DNA of 64,000 bases, from IMG/VR virus record IMGVR_UViG_3300017917_002593, positions 22,212 to 86,211 of that record; one strand, given 5' to 3'. The notes under the pieces are model-generated. The model did no database searches and was not told the DNA's origin. It worked only from the letters and a program-made list of their open reading frames with translations. Shown here in pieces: positions 35,633 to 48,300 of the stretch. Every line of letters begins with the position of its first letter. The first letter of the stretch is position 1. Made by a program: the position numbers and the translations under genes. This DNA comes from a virus.

Positions 35633-38600
35633 ATGGCACAAGCTGATTTCATCGTTAAAAACGGTGCGGTAATTCTTAATGGTCTTACTGCAACCTCAAC
35701 AAGCACAACAACAGGTGCCTTAATAGTTCAAGGTGGCATTGCCACATCGGGTCGATCTACATTTGGCGGCGATTTAAACATCGTTAGCAATACAAGCTCA
35801 ACTAACTCAACAACGGGTGCCTTAACAATCTTAGGCGGCCTTGGAGTATTTGGTGACGTAAACATTGGAACAAACCTAAAAGTCAGAGGCGTTGACCTCA
35901 TGACTTTCGACGATCATATTCACTACGTGTCTGACAGCACCGGTAATGATAACAATGACGGTCATAGACTTCAAAGTGCTTTCAGAACAGTCAAACGTGC
36001 AATTGAACAAGCACAAGCAGGCGATACTGTTTACATCGAAGCAGGTACGTATCAAGAAGAATTTCCAATTACAGTACCTGCTGGTGTAAGCATCCGTGGT
36101 GCCGGACTTCGCGAAGTTTATGTTTACCCAACAACTGCAACTAACACACAAACTGCATTCTTATTAAACGGCGAAACAACAATTAGCGATTTCACAGTTG
36201 GCGGATTCTACAAGCCAGGATATGCGTTTAAGTTTGCACCAGGTGCAAAAATTACTACACGTAGCCCATACGTTGAAAGATTCTCGGTTATTACAAGAGG
36301 ATCAAACCCACAACCTGGAGATCCCTACGGTTATGACAGTAATGACGCAGGTGGCGGCGCATACTTAGACGGTGCAAACGTTGACTCTACCAGTTTAGAA
36401 GCTGCATTTTTATTCAACGAAGCAACATTTATTACTCCAAGCTCTACCGCAGTTCATATTAAGAACGGTACACGAGTAGAATTACTAAACGGCTTTAGTT
36501 ATTTTGCAGATAAAGCTATTGTAGGCGAAAGCGGAACAACTGGTTGGGGCGATCAAGGACGTACAAGACTTCGTCTTGCAAACTCGACAGGAACATTTAC
36601 AGTAGGCCATTCACTACACTATGTAGGATCTACTGGCACGTTATTAGCCACCGGTGTTATTGACGAAGTTACACCTGAATACATTTACCTTCAAGGTAAA
36701 GCATCTGGCTTTGTAGAAGCACAAGACCGTACAGGAAAAACAATTAACGTTTACGGAAATACTGTTATCAGTAGCTTTGAACGTAAGTTTGGTACAGGTG
36801 CGGCATACTTTAGTACCGATGGCGATTTATTAGACATTGTTAGTGATGCTGACATGCAGTATGGATTTAGTTCCTATACTCTCGAATCGTGGGTACACTT
36901 AACACAGAACGGTAGAAAGCAGTACATCCTCAATAAAGGTAGTATACCTTCTACAACTTTTGGTTTGTACATCGGCGCTGATAACAAGCTAACTGGACAA
37001 CACGGTACAACACTCTTTACTTCTACTAATGTTTTAAACACTGGTACTTGGTATCATATCATGATGAGCCGTGATATAAACAATGTAAACAGATTGTTTA
37101 TTAACGGAAACTTGGAAGCTACTGTAACTGCAACTTCAAGTATTAGTAATGCTGATAGTTTAACTATTGGTGGTTATGCAGGAACACCAAATTTAAGTTT
37201 GAGAGGTTATCTGGACGAAGTTAGAGTTAGTACAACTCCGAGATATACTGGCTCCTTTACACCTCCTACAAGCGCATATGCAAGTGATATAAGCACTACA
37301 GTTCTTCTTCACTGTGACGGTGCTAACCTAAGTACTGGATTCACTGACGACGGACTTGGTAGTCAAAATGTATTTTCTACTACTGGCACATATACTGCCG
37401 CAGTAGTAGCAAGTGCTCAGCAGATTAGTCTTGCAGATTATAGACAATTTGGTGGAGAACTACGTTGTATTGGTAGTGCTGCCTGTTACGGTAACTATGG
37501 TATATATGCCGACGGTGAAGGTATTGACTTCAAAGCAATCGCTTTCAATATGAGCTATGTTGGTAGCGGAAAAGATTTTACCAACGATCCTGCTCTTGCT
37601 GTTCAAGCTAACGAAATTGTTAGACTAAATGGCGCAAAAGTATATTTCCAAACTGTTGACCACATAGGCGATTTCCGAGTTGGTCCTGAGTTCCGTATCA
37701 ACCAACGTACTGGTAACGTTGACTTTGGCACAGCAAACTTCCGCTTGGGACCTTTGTCCAGCTTGACAATTAGTGATGGAGTTAACACCAGCGTTCTACA
37801 ACCTACAAGTATTCAAGTTGGACAATTGCTTTTCTCTGGAAATAGAGTACAGACAATTAGTGGTAACTTAACAATTGATCCTGCAGGTACATTAACAACT
37901 ATTGAAAGTGATTTGCAGGTCAACGGCGCTCTCAACTTCACTGGACAAATTCGTGCAACCAGTGTAGAAAATTCTACAAGTACTACAACAGGCGCATTAG
38001 TTGTTAGCGGCGGCATTGGATTAGCTAAAGATTTATGGGTTGGAGGAAATGCTACCGTTGTCGGTGATTTAGTTGTTAAGGGTAAGACAACAGTTGTTAA
38101 CAGTACACAGACAAGCATTGCAGATCCAATATTAGATTTAGGTATTGCACCGGACGGTGCTGACTTAACAGTTGACGACAATTTTGATAGAGGTCTATTA
38201 CTTCACTATAATACAGGAACTGGAACAACATCTTACACAAGAACATTCTTGGGTATGGATAACAACACCGAAACTCTTATCTATAAGACTCGTGTTATTA
38301 CCGGACCTGCAGGAGAGTATGTACCACAATTCATTAACTCTGGTTTTTGGGGTGCTGCAAAATTTGGTAGCCTTTCATTAGCAGATACTACACCCGGCGG
38401 AACTCTTAATTCTGGAGCACTTCAGGTTGCAGGCGGAGCCAGTTTTGCCGGCGCAGTTTATGCCAACACATACTACGATTCTACTGGTCTAATTCTTTCT
38501 ACAGCTACTATTGGACAATATGTTGTAACACAGGCGTTATCTGGTGAAGATATATCGGTATCGAGCATCCCAGTAACTCCGGGACGAGGTGTCGTTACTA

Positions 38601-41600
38601 TTAATAACACTTCTACTTTACAATCAGTTACTCGTCGAGGTTCAACTACCACTTATGCATTAACTTTTGCTAATCAAACAGAATCTACCGGAACTGCAAG
38701 CGGTGCTCTTGTTGTTTCGGGCGGTGTTGGTGTAGGTGGTAACTTATGGGCAACTAATCTATATTCTAATGGTAGTCTTGTTGTTACACAGGCAACTATT
38801 GGCAGCTTAGGTGTAACCGCAATAAATGCCGGAACAGATACCGCAGTCAGTTCAAGTACTGGTGTTGTAGTTATTTGGAATACTTCAACTTTAGACACTG
38901 TTGCAAATAGAGGAAGTACAACAACCGCTGCAATTAATATTGTTAATACTACATCGAGTACATCTACTAATTCAGGTGCATTAACTGTTAGCGGTGGTGT
39001 TGGAGTAGGCGGCAATATTTACGCCGCAAACATTTATTCTAACGGTATTCAAGTATTAACAACTGAAACAGATACATTAGAAAGCGTGACAATGCGAGGA
39101 GCAACTACTCCTTATGCAGTTACATTCTCTAATACATCTCAAGCAACTATTTCCGGTAGCTCAAAAGCTGTTGGAATTACCGGCGGATTATATGTTGGTA
39201 AAAAGTTGTACGTTAACGAATACGCAACATTTATGTCAAGTCCAATTGTTGGAGCAATTGACAGTAGAAGTGCGTTAACAGTTAACGGAACTAATCAGTT
39301 ACAGTCCTGGTTTGACCCAGAAGGTGGAATTTTAGATTTACTTTGGACAGGTACTGGCGGTGTTGGTTACTTCCAACTCCTACCATCGAGCGGACAGACT
39401 ATAGCAGTTGGCGCAAACGATGTTGTAAAAATTTACGGTGGTGCGCCTGGTAATAATTTTGTAGGAATTAACACTGCAACACCTACAGCACAATTAGAAG
39501 TCGGCGGCGATATTAAAGCTGCTAACATTTATTCTAATGGTAGTCTTGTAATTACTAATGCTACTTTAGGTTCCTATGGTGTAACCAGCATTCAAGGCGG
39601 TAGTGGTATATCTGTCAACACCTCAACAGGTGCAGTAACAGTAACTTCAACTGACACACTACAGACAGTAACTGACAGAGGAAACTCTACTACAAATTCA
39701 ATATTAATTTCTAATACCAATGTTTCTACTTCGACTACTACTGGTGCGTTAGTAGTTACAGGCGGCGTTGGAATCAGTGGTCAAGCAACTATTCAAACTG
39801 CTCTCATTGCAGGTGTTTTAAGAGGTGGTACTACAGCACTGGCAGTCTTTGAAAATCCGACTGACAGTAGTTCTACAACTGACGGATCTGTAACAATTGC
39901 CGGTGGTTTGGGTGTTAACAAGCGACTATATGCGGGCGAGTTGTACGACAGCGGAAACCGTGTTGTAACTAATGTTAATCCAAATGCTGGACCTGGAATT
40001 ACAATTACAGATGAAGTTAGTGTTGGTACATCAACCAGCTTTACAATCAATAACGCAGGTGTTATTGCCGCAGTGGGAACACAATTCTTAGGTGTAAGTT
40101 CTGCAACTGGTATTGTAACATTTACTAACCTTGGCGTTCAAACATTAACCGCAGGTACTGATACATCTGTTAGCAGAAGTACAGGAACTGTTGTAGTTTG
40201 GAATACTTCGACTCTACAATCAATTACTAATCGAGGTTCAACAACTACTAACGCAATTAACATTACAAATGCAACCGATTCTAATACTTGGACCGGCGGA
40301 GCATTAACTGTCGGTGGTGGTGTAGGCATTGCTAAGAATTTAATTGTTGGCGGTAACGCTGCAATATACGGCAACTTACAAGTTCTTGGAACACAGACCT
40401 ATGTAAATTCTACACAAACAGTGGTGGTAGATCCTGTTTTAAGTATCGGGGCAGGAGTCGATAATACTAACTTAGGTGTAAACGACGGTTTTGATCGAGG
40501 TGTATTACTACATTACAGTACTACAGCAACAATCAACAACAGTTTTGATAACCATTCTTTCTTAGGAATGGATAACGCTACTAAGAAGTTAGTATATAAA
40601 ACAAACATTTACCCAGGCGGCGTACAAGAATTTCCTCCTCTGTTTGCTAACACAGGAACCTGGGGCTCTGCACAATTTGGAAGTTTAAATCTTGTTGATA
40701 CAACCAGTGCAACTAACACAGTTAGCGGCGCATTAACTGTATCAGGTGGCGTTGGTATCGGCGGCGATCTGTATGTTGGCAATAAAATTTATTCTTCTGG
40801 ATTAGAAGTATTAACAACCTCCAGCTTGGGTAGCGGCGGCGTTGGTGTAAGTCAGATTTTTGCAGGAACTGACACAGCAGTAAGTTCTAACTTTGGTGCA
40901 ATTACAATTTGGAGTACTGCTACCTTACAGAGCTTAACCCAACGCGGATCGAGCACTAATCAGATAATCTATTTTACCAACACAACGACTGCGATTTCTA
41001 CTACCACTGGTGCTGTACAAATTTCAGGCGGCCTATCTGTTGGTCGAGATCTGTGGGTAGAAGGTGCAATTTATGGAGCACCGTCATTTATAGAAAACAG
41101 TGCAGCGGCAGGTGTAAGCCCAGGAACTAACCAGTGGATTAGATGTCTAACATGGGCCTTACCAAATGTAGGAGATAGTATTACATTCAAAATGAAGAGT
41201 GTAGTAAAAGCCAGCGCAAGTCCTACATTTAGTGATAACATGGACAATGATGTCCTATGGATAAGTTACGTAAAAGACAGTCCTACAACAGTGCTGGGAT
41301 CGATCTATTGGGTTTCCGAAAGCAGTGAAGCAGGAATTAGCAATCTGCTGGCAAATCATACATTAACTTTTAATGCAACAACTGGTCAATTTGAGTACTG
41401 GAGACGTTCGACTATTGCAGGCGGCAGAATATGGACTCTAATTCAGGAAGAAATTCCAGCCAATCCTGCATATCAATTTGTTGCTCCGACTATAGTTAGA
41501 GACGGCACTTGGGCAGCAAGCGTTACATCTTTAGGTTCTGTTGCAACGGTAGACGATATTGATGTTATACAATATGAAGATCTAACCATAACAGGTACAC

Positions 41601-42358
41601 TGGCCCATAGCGGAACACTTGCTAACTTAAACAACACAACTTCTGCAAATACTTTAGGTCTTTCTGCAGGTGCTATTACTTCTGGCGTAACTAAAACAGT
41701 TAATATTGCAACTGGTGGATTAACTGGTTCTACTTCTGATGTTAACATTGGTTCTGCTAATACAGGAACATTAGGTCGATTAACTGTAGCAAGTACACTT
41801 ACTACATTTGCGTCTACTGTTGCTGCAACTAATACACAGACTGCTGCGGTAGTGATTGCAGGCGGATTAGCAGTTGGTGAAAACTTAGTTGTAGGTACTG
41901 GAGCAACAACCAGAGGTATTATCGATGCCAATGTTGTTGCAAGTGGATCGTTCGCAGCCTCTGGTGATGCACAAGCAGGCGTATATGTATTACGAGCATT
42001 GAGTACATCTACTGCCGCAACAGTTTTAACTACAAATAATTCTGCTGCAAGCACAAACAATCAGGTAATTTTACCAGACAACTCAAGTTATATGTTTAAG
42101 ATTTTTGTAACTGCAAAATCTACTACAACTAACGACGAGGGTGCTTGGGAATTTAATGGCTCAATTTCAAGATACGCAGGCGCAGGAACTACTGTTCTTA
42201 GAATGAGCAATAAAACAAAAATTTGGGCAAGCCAAGCATACGATGTTGATCTTGCCGCAGATACAGTGAACGGCGGATTAAGTGTCCGTGCAATAGGTAT
42301 AAACAGTAGCTCTACTCGATTTGTTGCAAAAGTTGAAACAGTTGAAGTGAGCACATAA
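35633..42358 (+). CDS. Large tail fibre/spike protein with beta-helix and LamG/concanavalin A-like domains
   Basis: YVSDSTGNDNNDG..GDTVYIEAGTYQE beta-helix; YTLESWV..WYHIMMSR..LFING..GYLDEVRVS LamG; GALxVxGG and TLQSVTxRG repeats. Confidence 0.75.
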   Translation: MAQADFIVKNGAVILNGLTATSTSTTTGALIVQGGIATSGRSTFGGDLNIVSNTSSTNSTTGALTILGGLGVFGDVNIGTNLKVRGVDLMTFDDHIHYVSDSTGNDNNDGHRLQSAFRTVKRAIEQAQAGDTVYIEAGTYQEEFPITVPAGVSIRGAGLREVYVYPTTATNTQTAFLLNGETTISDFTVGGFYKPGYAFKFAPGAKITTRSPYVERFSVITRGSNPQPGDPYGYDSNDAGGGAYLDGANVDSTSLEAAFLFNEATFITPSSTAVHIKNGTRVELLNGFSYFADKAIVGESGTTGWGDQGRTRLRLANSTGTFTVGHSLHYVGSTGTLLATGVIDEVTPEYIYLQGKASGFVEAQDRTGKTINVYGNTVISSFERKFGTGAAYFSTDGDLLDIVSDADMQYGFSSYTLESWVHLTQNGRKQYILNKGSIPSTTFGLYIGADNKLTGQHGTTLFTSTNVLNTGTWYHIMMSRDINNVNRLFINGNLEATVTATSSISNADSLTIGGYAGTPNLSLRGYLDEVRVSTTPRYTGSFTPPTSAYASDISTTVLLHCDGANLSTGFTDDGLGSQNVFSTTGTYTAAVVASAQQISLADYRQFGGELRCIGSAACYGNYGIYADGEGIDFKAIAFNMSYVGSGKDFTNDPALAVQANEIVRLNGAKVYFQTVDHIGDFRVGPEFRINQRTGNVDFGTANFRLGPLSSLTISDGVNTSVLQPTSIQVGQLLFSGNRVQTISGNLTIDPAGTLTTIESDLQVNGALNFTGQIRATSVENSTSTTTGALVVSGGIGLAKDLWVGGNATVVGDLVVKGKTTVVNSTQTSIADPILDLGIAPDGADLTVDDNFDRGLLLHYNTGTGTTSYTRTFLGMDNNTETLIYKTRVITGPAGEYVPQFINSGFWGAAKFGSLSLADTTPGGTLNSGALQVAGGASFAGAVYANTYYDSTGLILSTATIGQYVVTQALSGEDISVSSIPVTPGRGVVTINNTSTLQSVTRRGSTTTYALTFANQTESTGTASGALVVSGGVGVGGNLWATNLYSNGSLVVTQATIGSLGVTAINAGTDTAVSSSTGVVVIWNTSTLDTVANRGSTTTAAINIVNTTSSTSTNSGALTVSGGVGVGGNIYAANIYSNGIQVLTTETDTLESVTMRGATTPYAVTFSNTSQATISGSSKAVGITGGLYVGKKLYVNEYATFMSSPIVGAIDSRSALTVNGTNQLQSWFDPEGGILDLLWTGTGGVGYFQLLPSSGQTIAVGANDVVKIYGGAPGNNFVGINTATPTAQLEVGGDIKAANIYSNGSLVITNATLGSYGVTSIQGGSGISVNTSTGAVTVTSTDTLQTVTDRGNSTTNSILISNTNVSTSTTTGALVVTGGVGISGQATIQTALIAGVLRGGTTALAVFENPTDSSSTTDGSVTIAGGLGVNKRLYAGELYDSGNRVVTNVNPNAGPGITITDEVSVGTSTSFTINNAGVIAAVGTQFLGVSSATGIVTFTNLGVQTLTAGTDTSVSRSTGTVVVWNTSTLQSITNRGSTTTNAINITNATDSNTWTGGALTVGGGVGIAKNLIVGGNAAIYGNLQVLGTQTYVNSTQTVVVDPVLSIGAGVDNTNLGVNDGFDRGVLLHYSTTATINNSFDNHSFLGMDNATKKLVYKTNIYPGGVQEFPPLFANTGTWGSAQFGSLNLVDTTSATNTVSGALTVSGGVGIGGDLYVGNKIYSSGLEVLTTSSLGSGGVGVSQIFAGTDTAVSSNFGAITIWSTATLQSLTQRGSSTNQIIYFTNTTTAISTTTGAVQISGGLSVGRDLWVEGAIYGAPSFIENSAAAGVSPGTNQWIRCLTWALPNVGDSITFKMKSVVKASASPTFSDNMDNDVLWISYVKDSPTTVLGSIYWVSESSEAGISNLLANHTLTFNATTGQFEYWRRSTIAGGRIWTLIQEEIPANPAYQFVAPTIVRDGTWAASVTSLGSVATVDDIDVIQYEDLTITGTLAHSGTLANLNNTTSANTLGLSAGAITSGVTKTVNIATGGLTGSTSDVNIGSANTGTLGRLTVASTLTTFASTVAATNTQTAAVVIAGGLAVGENLVVGTGATTRGIIDANVVASGSFAASGDAQAGVYVLRALSTSTAATVLTTNNSAASTNNQVILPDNSSYMFKIFVTAKSTTTNDEGAWEFNGSISRYAGAGTTVLRMSNKTKIWASQAYDVDLAADTVNGGLSVRAIGINSSSTRFVAKVETVEVST

Positions 42359-42366
42359 TTTAAACG

Positions 42367-42374
42367 AATAAATA
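42367..42374 (+). promoter_or_regulatory. T4-type late promoter (AATAAATA) for the collagen fibre gene and probably the modification operon
   Basis: Motif upstream of ORF 42397. Confidence 0.5.
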
Positions 42375-42396
42375 TTGGAATAACAGTTGAATAACT

Positions 42397-45300
42397 ATGG
42401 CAATTAATTTAGATACCAGTCAGCAAGGTAATATAACCTTAAAATCACCTACAACAGGAACAGTTACTCTAACCTTACCGCAGAGTGCAACAACCAGCGG
42501 TTGGTTATTAGGTTTAGCTGATACCCAAGGTAGCTTGGCATTTATTCCGCCTGGAACAGGTGCAAGCGGCGCAGCAGGAGCCACAGGTGCCACAGGCCCA
42601 ATTGGTTCAACTGGCGCAACCGGTGCTACAGGTGCTACTGGTTTACAAGGTTCGACTGGTGCTACAGGCCCTATTGGTGCAACTGGATCTACAGGTGCTA
42701 CAGGTTTAAGAGGCGGCACTGGTGCAACTGGTCCTGATGGTGCTACTGGTGCAACAGGACCTCAGGGTGCTACTGGAGCAGCAGGTGCCGGCGGTCAGGG
42801 CGGTGCTACTGGATCTACTGGTCCAATTGGATCGACAGGTGCAACTGGTGCTACTGGACAACAAGGTACTACTGGTGCTACAGGTTTAAGAGGCGCAACT
42901 GGTGCAACTGGACCTCAAGGTGCTACAGGTTTCCCTGGTGCTACAGGCGCAACTGGTCCTCAAGGTGCTACAGGTGGTGCAGGCGGTCAAGGAAATCCTG
43001 GTGCTACAGGCGCAACTGGACAACAAGGTGCTACAGGTGCAACCGGTCTTGTAGGTGCAACAGGTGGTATTGGTGCAACAGGCGCTCAAGGTTCAACTGG
43101 CGCTCAAGGCGCTACCGGTGCAACTGGCCCTGCAGGTAATGCGGGTAACGCAGGTGCTACGGGTGCTACGGGTGCAACTGGCTTACAAGGTACTACTGGT
43201 GCTACAGGACCTCAGGGATCTACTGGTGCAACAGGACCAACAGGTGCTACTGGTGCAGCCGGAGGTAACGGTGCTGTTGGTGGAACAGGTGCAACTGGTT
43301 TAGGATACGATGTAACAAGTTCAACATCAAATACAAACGGTACAGGTAGCAAAACTTGGACCGTTAATAGAACAAATGCATTCAGTGTAGGAATGCGTGT
43401 ACGAGTCATTTACCCTGCTGTTCCTACAAACTTCATGGAAGGATCAATTACTTCCATTGTTGGTTTAGCAATTACTGTAAACGTTGATTATGTAGCCGGT
43501 ACAGTAGGCGGCGGCCCATGGGCAAACTGGACAATTGACGTTGCTGGTATCCACGGAAGTACAGGTGCAACTGGCCCTGTTGGTGCAACAGGTCCTATAG
43601 GAGCAACTGGATTACCTGGATCAGGTGGTGGCACAGGTGCTACAGGTGCTACAGGACAAACAGGTGCTCAAGGTAACCAGGGCTCAACAGGTGCAACTGG
43701 CCCTGCAGGTGCCAACGGAGGCACAGGTGCAATAGGTGCCACAGGTGCCACTGGTAACATAGGTTCCACTGGCGCAACAGGCGCTACTGGTTTCCAAGGT
43801 GCTACTGGTGCTACTGGACCAACAGGAACTGGAGGTAGTACAGGTGCTACTGGTGCTACTGGTGCTACTGGTGCTACAGGTATTAGAGGCACAGGTGCTT
43901 GGACCGCAGTTTATACTTCTGGAATTTCGACAACAAATCTTACAATCTTTACAAAGACTGGAGGAACTAACGGCGTTTGGGATCAACAGGTTTACTCAGC
44001 TGAAGGCTTTATAAGAGGTGCAATGGCCAGCGCCAGTGTTAATGACACTACTGGCCGCGCAATGTTCGGTTTAAACTCCGATCCAACAGGCAGCGCAAGT
44101 TTTGATACTCTTGATTATGCAATTTATTTTAATGCAGGTACGGTTGTAATCTACGAAAGTGGTTCTTCTGTACAAACAGCAGGCGCATATACTACCGCAG
44201 ACAAGTTTGTTATCACTTATGACGGCGGTAATGTTAGATATTGGCAAAACAATACATTATTAAGAACAACTGCAAGAGCAATTAGCAGTTCTGCACTGTA
44301 TTTTGATTCTTCTATTCAAACTACAAACACCGCTCTAACTAATGTTGCGTTCTCTGCTATGGGCGAGATTGGTGCAACAGGTCAAGCCGGTGCTGGTATT
44401 GGCGCAGGATCTGCTAACCAAGTTATCTTTAAAGACAGTAGTAACGTCTTTGCAGGTTCTGCAAACTTAACATTTGACGGAACAAATTTAAATATTGGTG
44501 GTGCTTTAAGATTTGATGGCAAAACAAATTGGGAACATAATGATAGTGCAACCGGTACAGGTGCACCTACAATGTCTTTCCATGCGTTGGGCGCTCCTGG
44601 TAAGAAACATCCAAACTATCTTGATGAAAACTTCTTTGCAGGAACCAATAACATAAACGTTTACGATAATAACGGATCCGGACAGACCGTTATTACAAGA
44701 ATAACAGCACCGAGCGATACTCCAACAACCAGCGGATTTGTTTTACAAATTCAACATACAGGCTCTGGCCAAACTCCGGGATTTGGCGGATTTTACTTTG
44801 CCGTTCCGTCAAGAGCTAATGCAATTTTAGTTGCCAGATTTAAGGCTAAACTTCCTGTAGGGTATACACTCAACTGGGCAAGTAACGCAATCGGAACTGG
44901 CAGCGTAACCTACTGGGCAACAAATAATGTCGGAACAGGCAAATGGGAAGACTATGCTTATGTAGTAGTTTGTGGTGGATCTGGAACATTCAGCTCTACA
45001 CACTTCTTCTTTGTAACAGGCAGTCCTGCCCCTACAAGTGGTACTCCGTTAACATGGTTTGTTGCGTCTGCTGCGGTATATGATGCAACAGATCATAGAA
45101 CAGATATATTATATTTGGATAGAGCAGGCGGAGTTGCTAACATCAAAGGCTACGGAGAAGGACAGATCATCATTGACGGTTCTACTACCGGCAAAGCTGT
45201 TTATCTAAATCATTATATAAATGCCGATGTATATGCAGCCAGTGGCGGCGGCAAACTGAGAGTAGGTAGCACTGCTGTTCCAACATACGAATTAGATGTT

Positions 45301-48300
45301 GCAGGCGAAGGTGCTTTCCAAGGCTATTTAAGAATTACCAATACTGCTGGCGAACAACGTCTATTAATGGGTAACCAGGATAGCGGTGGAACGAACAATC
45401 CAAGTATAATTCGTGCAGCCAACGGAACACTGTATTTTGGCAATGGTAACTCTTGGACAACTAACGGTGGTACTGTAACTGACTTTGCAACATGGGCAAC
45501 TGGCGGAAGTTCTTTAATATCTGGTACAGGCTCTAACCCTGCTTTAACAATTACTCCTGGCGGAAACAACTGGAGTGAGGGTATTAGAATTAACCCGTCA
45601 ACTACAGGCGGCTGGGCTGCGGTATTGTATCCTATTACAGCCAACACTGGCGGTGATTCTTGGTTGCTCGGTAAGGCAGGAAGCACAAATCAGTTTACTT
45701 TATTAAAGAACGGATTTACTGGCTCTGCTGCTTTTAGATCAGATGCAGCCTTTGATGTTAGTGCAACTACAGGTAGATTTACCTTTGGTTATAATCCATA
45801 TGTAGGTCCAAACCAAGTTTGGCACGCAGGTAACCTCACAAACGTTAACCAACTAAGTAACGGTCCTGGATTTGTCAGTTCAGGTAGCACACCTACATTC
45901 CAGTATGTATTAACAACTAACGGTGGTCTAACTGATAACAACGGCGGCCTAAAAGTATATGCTCCAGGAGGTGGTGCATATACTACTGGTGCAAGCAGTG
46001 TAGCTGGCGCAATTAAGATTAGATTGCCACAATTCCGTACAAGTACAATGATGCGTATGACCGTAAAAATTTACGAATACGCAGGTGGTAGTGCAGGCAC
46101 AAGTAGGACTATCGAATTAGGTGGTTATAACTACGGACCGGGTGGCTGGTATAACATTTTTGCATATCAGCAGACTCATGGTGGCGGCGATTTAAATGTC
46201 CGATTTGGTCACGACGGTACAAGAAACTGTATCTGGATCGGTGAAACAGGCGGAAGTTGGTCATACCCTCAAGTCTTTATCACAGAATTCCAAGCTGGTT
46301 ATAACGCATTTGCTAACACAGATTGGAACGACGATTGGTCAGTTACATTTGCCACAGCATTTGATACTGTTGAAAACGGTCCTATTACTGCTGCAAGAGC
46401 ACATACAACCTACAGTTTAACTAACCTAAGTCAGTTGACTAACGGTCCTGGATATCTTACACCGTATTATACAAGTCCACTCGACTTCCGAGGCGGAAAG
46501 CATATGTTCCACTCAAGTGGAACTGGCTCATCTTCTATTAATGCCGACACTTATGCAATGCAAGTTGGACCTGCTACAACCAGAGTAACTACAGCAAATA
46601 GCTACTATGGCGGTATTGCATTTAACCACTTGCTGAACTACAGTGGCGGCACATTAAACGCAGACAATACCGGTTATAACGTTAGCCCACATGCATGGAT
46701 TGGTTTAAGACTACACGATACTCCGGGAAGCGAGCGCAGTTTCTTAGCACTGGCTGTTAAACCAGGAACAGGTACAACTGGAGCCGGAACTGATGTTCCA
46801 GTTGAGCGTGTAACTATTGATCCAGTAGACGGATTTGTTGGTATTAACGTTCTTGACCCATTAGCAAGATTGCACGTTAGTGGTGATAGTAGATTCCAAG
46901 GCGATAGTAGAATATACTTAGGACCAAACAGTACATGGAGTGCTGATCTTATCCTTGGTGGTAACGGCAGAACAGATTCGAGTCGTGCAACAGTTGCCGC
47001 AACTAACGGCAATTTACATATTGATGCGGCTAACGGTTACGATCTATATCTAAACTATTACAGTGGTCGTCCTATCTACACAAGAGGCAGTGCGTTCACT
47101 AACTGGGATAGCGGTAATTTGACTAACCTAAGTCAGTTGACCAACGGTCCAGGTTTTATTACCAGCTCCGGCAGTATTGATAACTTAGGTGGAATTAACT
47201 ACTTGAGATTTGTCTACGGTGATAACACTACCAAGACTACATATACTGGCTTTACACAACAGCTAAATTCCGGATTCTATAATCATGATAGCAGCGGTGG
47301 ACCAACTGCTGCTTGGTATCACATGATTGCAAACCGCCACACAAATACTGGTAACAACTACCAAATGCAGATTGCACATCAGTTCTTTAATGATGCTGAC
47401 TTCTGGGGTAGAACTGTCGACAACGGAACTTATAAAACATGGCGCCGTTTCTGGATGGACGGTGGTACTAACGGATTAACCAACCTAAGCCAATTGACTA
47501 ACGGTCCGGGATTCTTAGGTAAATTCGGTAACAGCTATTATCAATTAGATACATGGTTGCAAATTACTGGATATCATGGTCTTTACAGCCCATTAAACGG
47601 TGCTCACTTCTATCCAAACGATGCGTCATACGGTTCCTGGAGAATGTTAGGCACACGTAACGGTTGGGCAGGTATTGAAGGCCCGGGTAACGGCGCCGGA
47701 AACGTTGTTGTTATGATGAACAGCGATACCAGCGGTTTCCATAACAACAGCTATGGTTGGCATTGGAGATGGTCAAGCGGTACTGCCTACATTAACCGTA
47801 GCACTTACGGTGGCGGTACACAGTATACTATGTGGGACAGCGGTAACCTGACCAACCTAAGTCAGTTGACCAACGGTCCGGGATTCATTACAGCTTCCAG
47901 CGGTGCTCTGTATATTGTCAGCCAGGATACACGTAACAGCAACTTTAACCCTCAAGATAGAGTCGCTGGTCTATGGGCTGACTTTAAAACCAACAGTGTT
48001 ATTGGCTTATCCGACGGTGGCAGCTATAACGGATTATTAACTTTCCGTAGTTATGGTAGCGGTGGAGATTTAAGTGGCGGACAACCAAGTCAGTTATCTT
48101 ATACTCCTAACGGAAACTGGTGGCATAGATTAGGCACTGGTACAACTTCTTGGGGCGGATGGAAGCGTTTCTGGGATAACAGTAACCTAACTAACCTAAG
48201 TCAATTGACCAACGGACCTGGTTTTGTTGTTAACGGACAAGGTAGCGTAACATTTAGTGATATCTATAACAACGGCTGGTTTAGAAATAACAACAGCGGT

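Noticed and set aside
42553-48221. CRISPR-like array from periodic or dispersed repeats
   Set aside because: Repeats are in-frame coding units with spacers of hundreds of nt; no cas genes
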